Assembly (NCBI RefSeq): GCF_009914755.1
Contig: NC_060928.1
Source: the human T2T-CHM13v2.0 reference genome, Homo sapiens
Strand: one strand, 5' to 3'
Length of the DNA: 64,000 bases
Shown: one piece after another, positions 17,712-32,329 of the stretch
How positions within the stretch are numbered: the stretch's first letter is position 1
Layout of the letters: every line of letters starts with the position of its first letter
Program-made: the position numbers and the translations under genes
Notes under the pieces: generated by a model
Seen by the model: the letters and a program-made list of their open reading frames with translations, nothing else
Told to the model about the DNA's origin: nothing
Databases searched by the model: none

Positions 17712-20700
17712 TTTCTTTCTTTCTTTCTTTTATTTTTCAACTTTTATTTTAGATTCAGGGGATACATGTGTAGGTTTGTTATATGGGTATATTGCATGAT
17801 GCTGAGGTTTGGAGTATAAATGATCCCATCACCCATGTAGTGAGCACAGCACCAAATAGATTTTTAACCCATGCCCTTTTCTCCCTTCCCTCTCCAATAG
17901 CCCTCAGTTTCTGCTGTTGCCATTTTTATGTCCATGAGTACCTAATGTTTAGCTCTCACTTATGAGTATGAACATATGGTATTGGTGTTCTGTTTCTGTG
18001 CTAATTCACTTAGGGTAATGGCCTACAGCTGCATCCATGTTGCTGCACGTAGACATGTTTCTATTCTTTCTTATGGCTGTGTAGTATTCCATGGTGTATA
18101 TGTACCACATTTGCTTTATCCCATCTGTCACCGATGGGCTCCTAGGTTGATTCCATGTCTTTGCTATTGTGAATCGTGCTGTGATGAACAGGCAAGTGCA
18201 TGTGTCTTTTTGGTGAAATGATTTGTTTTCTTTTGGATGTATATCTAGTAATGGGACTACTGAGTCAAATGGTAGTTCTGTTTTAAGTTCTTTGAAAAAT
18301 CTTCAAACTGCTTTCCACAGTGGCTGAACTCATTTGCATTCCCACCAACAGCGTATAAGTGTTCCCTTTTCTCTGCAGCCTCACCAGCATCTGTTGTTTT
18401 CTTTGACTTTTTAATAATAGCCATTCTGACTGGTGTGAAATGGTATCTTATTGTGGTTTGGATTTGCATATTTCTGACAATTAGTAATGTTCAGCATTTT
18501 TTCATATGTTTGTTGGCTTACCGTGTGTCTTTAGAAGTGTCTGTTTATGTCCTTTGCCCACTTTTTAATGGGGTTGTTTTTTGCTTGTTGATGTAAGTTT
18601 CCTATAGATTCTGGATATTAGACCTTTGTTGGATACATAGTTTGTGAACATTTTCTCCCATTTTGTAGGGTGTCTGTTTACTCTGATGATTTATTTTGCT
18701 GCACAGAAGCTCTTTAGTTTAATTAGGTCCCACCTGTCAATTTTTGTTTTTATTGTGATTGCTTTTGGAGTCTTAGCCATAAATTATTTGCCAAGGCCAG
18801 TGTCTAGAGTGGTAATTCCTAGGTTTCCTTCTAGGATTCTTATAGTTTTGAGTTTTGCATTTAAATCTTTAATTCATCTTGGGTTAATTTTTCTATATGG
18901 TAAAATGGAGTGATCCAGTTTTAATCTTCTGCATATGGCTAGTCACCTATCTCAGTGTTATTTATTGAATAGGGAGTCCTTTCCCCATTGCTTATTTTTG
19001 TTGACTTTTGTTGAAGACCAGATGGCTGTAGGTGTGCAGCTTTATTTCTGAGTTCTCTATTCTGGTCCATTGGTCTATGCATCTATTTATGTACCAGTAC
19101 CATGCTGTTTTGGCTACTACAGCCTTATAGTACAGTTTGAGGTCAGTTAATGGGATGCTTCTGGCTTTGTTCTTTTTGCTTAGGATTGCAGTGTCTATTC
19201 AGGCTGCTGCTTTTTTGGTTATACATAAATTTTAGAATGGTTTTTCCTACTTCTGTGAAAAATGGCATTGGTGATTTTATAGGAATAGTGTTGAATCTGT
19301 AGATTGCTTTGGGCAGTATGGCCATTTTAACAATGTTGATTCTTCCTATATATGAGCATGGAAAGTTTTTTTATTTGTTTGTGTCATCTATGATATTTTT
19401 CAACAATGTTTGGTAGTTCTCCTTATAGAGATCTTTCACCTTCTTGGTTTGGTGTGTTCTTAGGTATTTTATTTTTGTGTGGCTATTGTAAATGGGATTG
19501 TTTTCTTGTATTGTAAATGGAAATGTTATTGGTTTATAGAAATGCTACTGATTTTTGTACATTAATTTGTATCCTAAAACTTTACTGAAGTCATTTATCA
19601 GTTCCAGGAGCCTTTTGGCAGAGTCTAGGATTTTCTAGATATAGAAGTATATAATCAGCAAAGAGAGATCATTTGACTCTTTTTTCTATTTGGATTCCTT
19701 TTATTTATTTTTCTTTTATAATTGCTCTGGCTAGCACTTCCAATACTATGTTGAGTAGGAGTGGTTAGCATGAGCATCCTTGTCTTGTTACAGCTCTCAA
19801 AGGTGGGGATGGTTCCAGTTTTGTCCATTCAGTATAATGTGGGCTGTGGTTTTGCCATTGATGGTTCTTATTATTTTGAGATATGTTTCTTCACTGCCTA
19901 GTTTCTTGAGCATTTTTTTATAAAGGGATGTTGGATTTTATGGAAAGATTTTTCTGCATCTACTGAAATATCATATGGTTTTTGTTTTTAATTTTGCTTA
20001 TGTGGTGAATCACATTTATTCATTTATGTATGTTGAACCAACCTTGCATTTCAGGAATGAAACTATCTGTATTGCAGTGAATTAACTTTTTGGTGTGCTA
20101 TTGGATTTAGTTTGCAAGTATTTTGTTGAGGATTTTTGCATATCTATGTTCATCAGGAATTTTGGCCTGTAGTTTTCTTTTTTCATTGTATCTTTGCCAG
20201 GAATTTGTATCAGGGTGATGCTGGCTTTGTAAAATGAATCAGGGAGGAGTCTCTTCTCAATTTATTTGAATAGTTTCAAATAAATAGCTTTTTTTTTTTT
20301 TGTATATCTGGTAGACTTCAAATGTTAATCCTTCTAGTCCATGGATTTTTTTTTTTTGGTTGGTAGGTTTTTTATTATTGGTTCAATATTATAACTCAAT
20401 ATTGGTCTGTTCAGTGTTCAATTTCTTCCTGATTCAATCTTGGGAAATTGAGTATTTCTAGGAATTTAACAATTTTGTCTAGATTGTCTAGTTTATGTGC
20501 ATAGAGCTGTTCACAATACTGCCTGAGTATCTTTTGTATTTCTGTGAAAACGGTGGGAAAGTCATCTTTGTTGTTTCTGCTTCTGCTTATGTGAATCTTC
20601 CTTTCTTTCATTCTTTCTTTATTTCTTTCTTTCTTTGTTAATCTAGCTAGTAGTCTATTGATCTTGTTTATCCTTTCAAATAACCAACTTTTGGTTTTGT

Positions 20701-21183
20701 TGATACTTTGTATGGGTTTTTTGTACCTCAATTTTGTTCAGTTCTGCTCTGATTTACTTCTTTTCTTCTGCTAGCTTTGAGGTTAGTTTGTTTTTGTTTT
20801 TCTAGTTCCTCTAAGTGTTATGTTCGATCATGAATTTTAGACCTTTCTGTGTTTTTGAGGTAGGTGAGTAGTGCTATAAATTTTCCTCCTAACACTGCTT
20901 TTGCTGCATCCCAGATATTTTAGCACAATGTGTCTCTATTTTCATTTATTTCAAATAATATTTTTAATTTCTGCTTTAATTTTGTTGTTTCCCCAAAAGT
21001 CATTCTGAAGCAAATTGTTTAATTTCCGTGTAATTGTGTGGTTTTGAGAGATCTTGCTCATATTGATTTCTTTTTTTATTCCACTGCAGTCTGTGAGTAT
21101 GGTTGGTATAATTTTAACATCCTTGAATCCATTGAGACTTGCTTTAGGGTTGAGCATCTGTTCAATCTTGGAGTATGTTCCCA
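17712..21183 (-). mobile_element. LINE-1 3' half (ORF2 from late endonuclease through 3'UTR and tail), L1PB/late-L1PA-like
   Basis: Minus-strand ORFs: GTYSKIEQML (20951-21184), INKTKSWLFERINKI (20411-20731), [12 protein letters not shown] (19143-19325), TTIRYHFTPVRMAIIKK (18257-18469). 3'UTR and T-rich tail at ~17712-17760. Confidence 0.92.
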
Positions 21184-21450
21184 AGATGAATTATTCGTAG
21201 AGCTATAATATATAGCATAGGTAATATCGTTAATAATAATGTATTGCATACTAGGAATTTGCTATGGGAATAGAAGTTATGTTCTCACTACATCAGAAAA
21301 AGGAGTATGTCAGGTGATGAATATATTAATTTGCTTAATTGTAAGAATCATTACATAAAGTATATTTATATCAAAATACCATGTTATACTTCTTAAATAT
21401 ATACAATTTCTACATGTCAATTATATCTCAATAAGACTGGGAAAATAAAA
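21184..21450 (+). mobile_element. L1MA-type 3' end
   Basis: aagatgaa..ttaataataatgtattg..ggtgatgaatatattaatt..aaatatatacaattt..caattatatctcaataa resembles an L1MA 3' terminus. Confidence 0.75.
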
Positions 21451-22554
21451 GTAAAAGTATAATATTCTAAATGTAGCCATAAATCTCTCAATTACCAAAA
21501 ATGAACTTGAAAGCTCTATCTACCTCAATAGGCGGAGAGTTTCTGCTTTAAGACTCATTTTTCAAAATCTTGTGCTAAAAGAGGCCATTTATTTACTCCT
21601 GTACATTTTCCATAGTCTTCTATTCTTCCCCATTTTCTTCTTTCTTGAGTGTATAATGTACTTCCGACTACTGGGAAAACTGTCTCAAATACTACTGATT
21701 GAACTATAATTGGCTTTTTAAAAGCCACATGGAGAAAAAACTACTAAGATAGTCATCAATTTTGCAGAAAATACAACCACCTCTTATTTTCCAAGCTGTG
21801 TCTACACATTGGCAGAGACAGGCTACGAGAACTTTTTCTTCAAATTTGCATTGTGGGTTCATCATTACTGGCAAAAATAATTTTTCACAGATTCTTTATA
21901 AGTTAAACATAAGCTTAAATAATGCTCTTCAAACCTTGGCCCTAATGCACATCCTTTTATTTTATAAAATATAACTAGCCCCATTTAGAGTTAGAAGGAA
22001 AAAGGCAGAGCAGTAATTGAGATTATTTCAATTTGCTATAATAAGTTGAGATTATTTGTAATAATTGAGATTATTTCAATTTGCTATATATCTTCCAAGT
22101 CTTCAGGTTCCAAAACTGTATTGCTACAGAAGCATCAGAAAACTCTCAGCTTTAACTCAACTCCCATTTAACTTATAAAACATATCTGAAAAAGTAATTC
22201 TTTTTCCATTTGATGCATGTCTTTTATGATTTTTTTGGTTAGAAACATAAAATTTAGAAACTCATTTTTGCTTCAAGGCAAAAGTATATGCCCACTGAAA
22301 ACATCCTAGGAACAAGTTGTTTTTCACTGAAGCCACTCGAATGAAAACATCACAAACCAAAATGTTTGTCAGGGATCCATTGAGTGTTAGAAACAGTAGA
22401 GAAGAGACATACCAAACCTGGGAGCAGGTTCCTGGAAGCTTATCATGTAGTTAAGATGAGAAGTTATGTAACAATAACAACAAAACAACTTTTATATAAT
22501 ATCACGCTTCAATATAATATAACATAATATAGTATATAAATGAATTATATGATG

Positions 22555-22720
22555 ACAACCATGTGTCAGGCACCTGCCTAAGCACTTTACATATATTAAC
22601 TCATTTAATACTTACAGTGGCCTTACAGGATGCTTATAATTACTATGATTATTCACATTTTACAGATAAGAAAAAAGACAAAGAGCAAAGCAATTTTAGA
22701 GTTAGATCATTAACCCAGCC
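22555..22720. mobile_element. MIR fragment
   Basis: tgtgtcaggcac..ctaagcactttacatatatta.ctcatttaat...cattttacagataagaaa, the MIR core. Confidence 0.7.
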
Positions 22721-23039
22721 CATGTATCTCCCATGTCCGTTTTCTTATTTGCTAGATGCTGCTGCTTCTCTTATTATATCATGTCTTACAAGGGCAGAGG
22801 CACCAAATGGGTGCAACAGAACTGCAGAGAATGGAAGGAAGTCATTGTGGCTTGAAGAATTTGAAGAATAAAAGAGGCATGGGGCTAGGTCTTATGTGAA
22901 CAGGAAAAAGCTACTTTAAGCTCATAAGTGCAGGCAAAAAACCTAGAGATCATCTTTGTCCTTCCCTTTCATTACCACTTCCCACACATTCCATCACACA
23001 ATTATCTCCTTCTTTCTTCTAACTGGCTTTCTCATTATT

Positions 23040-23300
23040 CTACTTCTCTTCATTGCTACTGTCATTATAGCTTTCTGTCATGGATTTTGCTTGAACTAAT
23101 GCTATAGTCTCCTGACTCACCCCCCTGCCCTTGATATTTTTTCAATTCATTCTCCACATTGTAGTTAGAGTAATGTTTCTACAAAACAAATCTGATTGTA
23201 TTATTCTCTTGCTCAAAATTATTCATTAGCTCCCAATTTTCCTTAGGAAAAAATATGAGTTCCTTAGCATGGCTTAGAATGCCCTTCATGGACTAACCAT
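23040..23300. mobile_element. L2 fragment
   Basis: tagtctcctgact..caattcattctccaca..agagtaatgtttct.caaaacaaatctga...ctcaaaa..ttagctccca, an L2 3' motif. Confidence 0.6.
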
Positions 23301-23746
23301 TGCATAATTCTGTAATCTCAGCCTCAGAGCAAACCCTCTCACCATCACCACTACCACCACCACAGCTCGTGGCAGCATACCTTTTTCCACTAATGAATTT
23401 CTTTGAATTCGTCAAATATCTTTCTTGTTTCCTTGAGTTTTTCAAATAATATCTTTCCTGAGTATCTCCTTCTTCCCTATTACATATTATTTATCATTCA
23501 AGTCCTGGCATCAACATTTCTTCATTTGGAAAGTCATCCATAACCCCCAAAATGATGCTAATTGTTTGAATGTGATCCCTATTCTTATATTCTTATTTTT
23601 ATGGGCAGTCCTCAGCATACTTTAAGATAATTACCGGTTATTTGTTCAGTTATCTCTAAGACTAGAAGTCTGCGAGGTTAGAGACCACTCTTTTATTATT
23701 CATGATTTTATCTCCGGTACTCAGGGTACCAAATCCCTGTCTCCTA

Positions 23747-24087
<341 letters not shown>

Positions 24088-24089
24088 GT

Positions 24090-24870
24090 AAAGATAGGGA
24101 AACTTGAAATTATTGCAGTGTAAATTACCCAAGCTAAAGCACAGAGGAAGAAAAGACTAAATAAATACATCCATAACAGAGCCTTGGGCAGTGAGTACAA
24201 CATCTAGTGGATTAACATATCTAAAACTAGAATAATTGAAGACAGACGGCTTAAAATAATGGCTTAAAATGTTTACATTTGGTGAAAATTATAAATCCAC
24301 TATTTCAGGAAATTTAACAACTCCCTGGTGAGTTTTATTTTGCTTTAACCAAATAAAAACCACAGCAAGGCATATCATAATATAAATCATTGGTAAAAAT
24401 TTGTATTCGCTGGATCTTTATAAACATCCAGAGAATAATAAGTACATTTATATTTCAGGGAACAACAATAGCAATCATCTCCGACTTCACATCAAAAGTA
24501 ATGAGACAAAAGACAATGGAAAGATAGCTTAGAAGTCTTGACAGAAAGAAATACTGTGAAGCTAGAATTATATAACTAGACAGTTTTTAAGAAATGAATT
24601 CAAATAAAATATCTTCCAGGCAAACAAAAGCAGAGAGAATTTATTGTCAGCAAATATGCACTATGAGAAATGTTAAAGAAAATTCTTCAGAGGGAAGGGA
24701 AATAATGTCAGATGAAACTTATATCTGTAAAATGAAGGATTTCAGAAATAGAGAATGTGTAGGTAAATACCAAGTGTATATTTCGATTAATTTTGTTACA
24801 AGATAAATGGTCGCTTAAAGCAAAAATAATAATGAACTGAGGGATTAGTAACATATATGAAAGTAAAATA
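24090..24870 (+). mobile_element. Old L1 ORF1-region remnant
   Basis: gacttcacatcaaa..aagacaatgga..ctagaattatata..aaaatatcttccaggcaaacaaaagcagagagaattt, the ORF1 C-terminal pattern. Confidence 0.6.
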
Positions 24871-24951
24871 GTTGTATTAGGGTCCTCCAGAGAAACAGAA
24901 CTAATAGAGAAAGAAACATAGAAAGAGAGAGAGAAAGACTGACTGTAAGAA

Positions 24952-25372
<421 letters not shown>

Positions 25373-28055
25373 CTAGTCACACCTTCAACTGATTGGATGA
25401 GGCTCACCCAGTATTGGTAAGGGCAGTGTGCTTTACCTAGTCTACCAATGTAAATGTTAATCTCATCCAGAAACACCCTTGCAGATACACCCAAAAGAAT
25501 GTTTGACAAAATATCTGGGCACCACCTGCCCTAGTCAAGTTGACACATAAAACTAGACATCACAAGTTTACCCCTTGTCAACTTGGCATCTATAGCATCT
25601 CCTTAAATTGTACTTAAACTCCAAGTAAAGACAATAACAAGGCCATAATTTCACCTAGTCTGATATAACTACCCTGTGTGAAACCAAAAATGCACTAATT
25701 CCTTCCCCAGAAAAGGAGGTAAAGTCCTTGCATGATATTTACTTTTCTTTTTGAACTCCCATAGCTTAATTACTATAATGTAAAGTTAACAATACTTAAG
25801 TACTACGATATAAAGTCAACATATCTTATGTTACACAATAAGGATATAATAGAGGAAAAATAAGATATTATTATATGCACATAAACAAATATATTGATTA
25901 AAAATAAAGGGGAAATACTCAGATAATTACAGTTCTCATTTCTGTAATGGGTCGCATGGTCATAGCTGGTATTTATAACTAAGTTCTTGCACTTTGCCTT
26001 TAGCAGGTACCTCAGCTCTGGTTGTGATTCTTTATTAACAGGTATGGGAGCAAGCATATGACAGGTTAATATCTGCATCCTATGTACCAGGGGATATATT
26101 AACTTTCTCAAGCAATGAAGCCACATCTGGTACAAAAGCTGCAGTTGGATTCATCATCTGGATAAACATAGGATAATCCACTTTAATTCTCCAAGATCCA
26201 TCAGTCTTCTGCACAGGCCACATAAACTCATTGAATGGGGATGTGTTGGGAATCACCACCTCTGCATCTTTCACGTCCTTGATAGTGCCCCTAATTCTCT
26301 GCAGTCCCTCCGGGAATGTGGTATTGCTTTTGATTTACTAGGTAGAGGCAATTCGAGTGGCTTTCACTTGGCCATTCTCACTATAACATCCCTCACTTCA
26401 CAGGTCAGGGAACCAATATGAGGATTCTGCTAGATGCTGAATATGTTTATTCTAATGATGCACTCTAGAACTGGGGAAATATCCAAGTTCATGGACCCAG
26501 TGGGCCAACTGTAAAAAAGACCTGAACTAAAACTCCATTGACCACCTGAGCTCGATAAGCCCCTACTCTGACTGGTGGATCACAGTCACTTGGGGTTTCC
26601 TGGAATTAGCGTCACTTCAGAGCCATTGTCCAGTAGCCTCCAAAGGTTTGATTACTTCTGTTTCTCTTAGTGTGCAGCTACCCTGGTAACAGCCATAAGT
26701 CCTTTGGGGGAAGGTTAGGAGACAGATTAACAGCATAAATGTTGGCAATGTACCAGGGGTCTTCTTTAAGGGGCCAGTCCCTTATTCAAGGGGTTCTGGG
26801 TCTATAAGCCAGCTCAAATCTAAGAACTGATTGAGGGGCTGTGACTCTCTGTTTTTATGATTCAAGTTAGACTTTAATTCACTTGACCTAGAAGGTCTCT
26901 GCTTATGTAGATCGAGTATGAACTTAGTAGGGCTTCCTATCTATTTCACTCTGGGAACATTATCATCAAATAGCCAATGTCACCAGGCGTGTGTGTCAGA
27001 CTATTCTGAGTGCTGCTGTGCCTCTGCTGTTTATTATGGTAACCACTCCCACCTCGCTTTGGGCAGGTTAGTGCTGCCACTTGGCCCTGACACCCTGGGA
27101 TTCAATTACTCCACTGCATTCTGTTATCCAGGTCAGTGACTGCAGTTCCCACCGTAAGGTCTGGCCTACAGAGAAAAGTTATCACAGGCTCTGCAAGGAT
27201 GCTGGGGCTCTCCTCACAAGTTTATTTCTCAGAGGATTAGTGAAAGGTCTGTCTTCTGAACCCTCTGAGGATAGGTGAGTAGGTTTTAACCAACAAATGG
27301 TCTCTAACCTTCCAATCTCCCTAACATTTCAATCTTTCCTTTGAATCCCTTCTCCTACATACAACCAAGACAGGTCCAGAATTTCCAACTTGCTTATTGT
27401 GGGCCATCTTTTGGTCCATATTTAAGTCAACAAACTGGTAGAGCCCTTTTTATCTCCCAGAGCTACAGCATTAACTGCAGGATCTCTGCTTAGTCAACCA
27501 AGGTCAATGAATTTGACCTGATCCAATTTTATGTTCCTTCTACCATTATTCCACACCCTTAATATCCATTTTCCCACACGTTCCCCAGATTTCTTTCTGT
27601 GCAAGTTAAAAAACCTCAAGTAGGTCTTCTGAAGTGTAGTAAACTCTTATAAGTCACACTTTGCACCTCACCTTGAGAAGCCTGCTGGGACCGGAGTGAA
27701 GTGGCAGGTCTAGAAGCAAAGAGGGGTGGTAGGGTGGGGTCCTGATAAGAACAGCATTGTGTTGCACGCCTCGGGGGAGGCCATGACAGTTTCCTTGAGC
27801 AATACAGGGTTAATCTCCTCAGACACAGGTGAAAAGGCAACTTTCCCTGGCAGTGGGAAGGCTGCTTGCACTGGAGCTAGGCCTCTTCCACTGGCCAAAA
27901 AGAGCTACCAGAATTTAGGGGCTCAATAGCTCCAGTTTCATCAGTTTCTCCCACATGTCCCTGTTTCATACTTCAGAATTCTATTTCTTCCCAATCGCTT
28001 CCTCACTTTAACAGTAGACGCCCTGCAAGTCTGGCAGTTTACCTCACGTTGTAAC

Positions 28056-28409
28056 TCAGCTGGTCACAGGACAAGATTCAGGCTTGATTTTCAGCAATCT
28101 CAGCCCTGTGGCTAGAGGGATGAGGCCTCCTGAGCTGGTCACAGGACAAGATTCAGGCTTGATTTTCAGCAATCTCAGCCCTGTGGCTAGAGGGATGAGG
28201 CCTCCTGAGCTGGTCACAGGACAAGATTCAGGCTTGATTTTCAGCAGTCTCAGCCCTGTGGCTAGAGAGATGAGGCAAGATTCAGGCTTGATTTTCAGCA
28301 GTCTCAGCCCTGTGGCTAGAGAGATGAGGCCTCCTGAGCTGGTCACAGGACAAGATTCAGGCTTGATTTTCAGCAATCTCAGCCCTATGGCTAGAGATGA
28401 GGCCTCCTA
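28056..28409. repeat. 75-bp minisatellite, about 5 copies (one junction lacks 21 nt), within HERV-L gag
   Basis: Unit gctggtcacaggacaagattcaggcttgattttcagcaatctcagccctgtggctagagggatgaggcctcctga. It also shows as the repeated 25-aa peptide in ORFs 28056-28376(-) and 28084-28410(+). Confidence 0.95.
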
Positions 28410-28445
28410 GAGGGCACACATTGAAGTTTTCAGGTCATCTATTGA

Positions 28446-28890
<445 letters not shown>

Positions 28891-29023
28891 CCTGCTTCTT
28901 ATAAGCGGTTGATTAGGGGAATCTAATGGTAATATTTTGCAAATTTCTACTGCCAGATCATGCTATGAACTGTCAATGCTCTCCATACTACTGGAAATAG
29001 TCATTGGTACCTCTAAATGTAAG

Positions 29024-30155
29024 TGAGGGGAAAATAGGATCTGGAGGTGAGAGACAGGACCAGCTGGATTTCCTAGGCCAACTAGGAATCCCTAAGCCTA
29101 GCTGGGAAGGTGACCGCATCCACCTTTAAACACGGGGCTTGCAACTTAGCTCACACCTGACCAATCAGAGAGCTCACTAAAATGCGAATTAGGCAAAAAC
29201 AGGAGGTAAAGAAATAGCCAATCATCTATTGCCTGAGAGCGCAGCGGGAGGGACAAGGATTGGGATATAAAGCCAGGCATTCGAGCTGGCAACGGCAACC
29301 CCCTTTGGGTCCCCTCCCTTTGTATGGGAGCTCTGTTTTCACTCTATTTCACTCTATTAAATCTTGCAACTGCACTCTCTTCTGGTCCGTGTTTGCTATG
29401 GCTCAAGCTGAGCTTTCGCTCGCCATCCACCACTACTGTTAGCTGCCGTCGCAGACCCGCTGCTGACTCCCATCCCTCCGGATCCAGCAGGGAGTCAGCT
29501 GTGCTCCTGATCTGGCGAGGCACCCATTGCAGCTCCTGATCAGGGTAAAGGCTTGCCATTGTTCCTGCACGGCTAAGTGCCCGGGTTCGTCCTAATTGAG
29601 CTGAACACTAGTCACTAGGTTCCACGGTTCTCTTCCGTGACCCACGGCTTCTAATAGAGCTATAACACTCACTGCATGGCCCAAGATTCCATTCCTTGGA
29701 ATCCGTGAGGCCAAGAACCCCAGGTCAGAGAACACAAGGCTTGCCACCATCTTGGAAGCGGCCCGTTACCATCTTGGGAGCTTTGTGAGCAAGGACCCCC
29801 CCCGGGGTAACTGAGGCAGGGAACATGAGATCGATTCACACTTCAGCTATGAGAGAAAATATCCTCTCCATTTACATAGGGCATATGCTCAGTAAATGAC
29901 TTTGTAGCTTTACTTCATCCTCTACATTTATGTAGAGTGTACACCAAGTAACCAATGGAAATCTCTCAAGGGTATTTAAACTCCCCAACATTCTGTAACA
30001 GGGCCCTTGAGCTCCTATGCTCGGGTCCATTCCCACACTGTGGTGTCTACTTTTATTTTCAATAAATCTCTTAATTCCTCCCTCGCTTTGCTTGTGTGTT
30101 TTGTCCAGTACTTTGTTCAAGACGCCAAGAACCTGGACACCCTCCGCCAGTAACA
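29024..30155 (+). mobile_element. MER61-like ERV1 solo LTR, split by LTR17
   Basis: tgagggg.aaatagg.tctggagg|cagggaacat..ttcacacttcagctatg...aataaa...gccaagaacctggacaccctcc.ccagtaaca. TSD TAAG at 29020-29023 and 30156-30159. Confidence 0.85.
29048..29812 (+). mobile_element. LTR17 (HERV-W) solo LTR, full length
   Basis: TGAGAGACAGGAC.AGCTGGATTTCCTAGGCC...CCAAT boxes, GATATAAA TATA, ATTAAA...GGACCCCCC..GGTAAC. TSD GAGG at 29044-29047 and 29813-29816. Confidence 0.93.
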
Positions 30156-30294
30156 TAAGCGTATCAGAGAGCAGATTTTAGAAAGCCTGAAATCAACCCA
30201 GACAACTCATTCTCAAAATTCTTTCTCCAGGGCAACTTTTGGTATCAAAAGCTATATGAGTTAGGGTTCTCCAGAGAAACAGAATAGATGACAG

Positions 30295-30300
30295 ACAGGG

Positions 30301-30343
<43 letters not shown>

Positions 30344-30380
30344 GATTACATAGATAGATACAGATTACATAGATGATAGA
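30295..30380 (+). repeat. (GATA)n tetranucleotide microsatellite
   Basis: About 10 perfect GATA units at 30302-30341, plus degenerate flanks, within the MLT2 LTR stub. Confidence 0.95.
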
Positions 30381-30384
30381 TACA

Positions 30385-30565
30385 TTGAGCAAGTTCATTG
30401 GTGCCATTTTTCAAACATTATGTGTTCACTTCATGTCCGCATGTCAGCATATTTTAGCCATAAATATTTTTAATTAAGGCATATATGTTGTTTTTTAGAC
30501 ATAATGCTTTGCACACTGAATAGATGATAGTATAGTGAAAACATAACTTCCGTATGCACTGGCAT
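30385..30565. mobile_element. Tigger-like DNA transposon fragment
   Basis: gagcaagt..attggtgccatttttcaaaca..tgtgttcacttcatgtc...ttttagacataatgc..gcacact.aataga..agtatagtg.aaacataactt..tatgcactgg. Confidence 0.65.
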
Positions 30566-31922
30566 CCATGCACACAATACATATGCATATTTCCCAATCT
30601 ATACATAGATATTAGTGAGCATAATGGAGAAAAGAATCATCAAAGCAAGAATTATTGACTTCAGATGGGATTGTGCTAACTTTCTCTCACTTCTCAAAAC
30701 CAAGTGAGAATTCTGAGAAATTCAATAAGGGACACCTTGTGGAGCAACAATGATTACCTTTTGTGATGAGATTGTAAAGATAATGACACATGTATAATAG
30801 GAAAAAAATAAGCATTGCTTTCTATAATATCTTACTGCTGCCCAAGAGGCCCATTGTTGGATTGGCACCAATGGTAGCTATGGAGAGGCAAATGTAGATG
30901 TGGAAACTGGGACAGGGACTAAACTACTCCACATAATAAGGATTAGAGGAATTTGAGGTGTGAAGGGTGAGAATAAAGGGAGGAATGTATGAAGAAGAAG
31001 CTAAAAATGATAATTTAAAGCTTTGTAGGGGCAAGAACGGAGTAAAACACCTATGCTGATGGTTCTGAAGGAAAGAAAATGTAATTTTTACTTCAGCTCT
31101 CATAAGTTCATAGTTGTGACAGACTCCTACAACAAAGGACAAGGTAACGAGAAAAACAAGCAAGTTCTTTAACACATGCAGGGCATCACATGGAAGAAAA
31201 GTAACTCAAAGCAGTAGTCTAGGAGTCTGGCTTATACAGCATGTCAACAAGGAGCAGTAGGTTTCACAAGTGAAAAGACAAAGAAAAGCAGTTACAGGCT
31301 TCCATTGGTGGGAAACGGTAGGAAGGTAAATATTTGGAAATACACTAATAAAGTCAAGTCGGCTTGAGATTGCTCTGGGCCATTTCTGGGCTGATAAGAG
31401 TTGGAATGGAGAATTTACATACTGTCTTTAGGGGAGAAAAGAAGGAGAGAGTAGGAAAGTGTTTTCTTCTGTAAATCTCTATCCTGCTTTTAGGCAAACA
31501 GAGAGGGAAGGCAGAGACTCCCCTGAATCTTCATTGTCTTCAGCTCAACAATATTTATGTCAAAGAAGCACATTTTGAGATGACACCTTCTGGTTTCCTT
31601 CAGTCTCCCCTTTGAAACTTTCCTTTCAGAAAGTTTTACATAGAAGAGCCAAGTTGGTAGCTTTGGAGCAATTTGGCTAGGGGTTGTGAGATAAGGGATT
31701 GGCAAAGGCAGAGAAAAACATAGATTGAAACAAACAGAAAAGAACAAATTTGAGTAAGTTATCCCATATCTTATTGAATCAGTCTCTGAGTCCTGGGAAT
31801 ACATATGGTATTTAAACAGGTGTGTTTCATTTCAGGATGTGGCCTTGCACATGTGTTCCCATCAAAGGCCTCCATATGGTGCAGGCAAATATATTTATGA
31901 AGAAGCATTTCTATGGAAATAA

Positions 31923-32329
<407 letters not shown>

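Noticed and set aside
28056-28410. Repeat array as a CRISPR-like locus or repeat-protein gene
   Set aside because: Units are head-to-tail with no unique spacers and derive from ERVL gag in eukaryotic DNA. The ORFs arise because the unit length is a multiple of 3.
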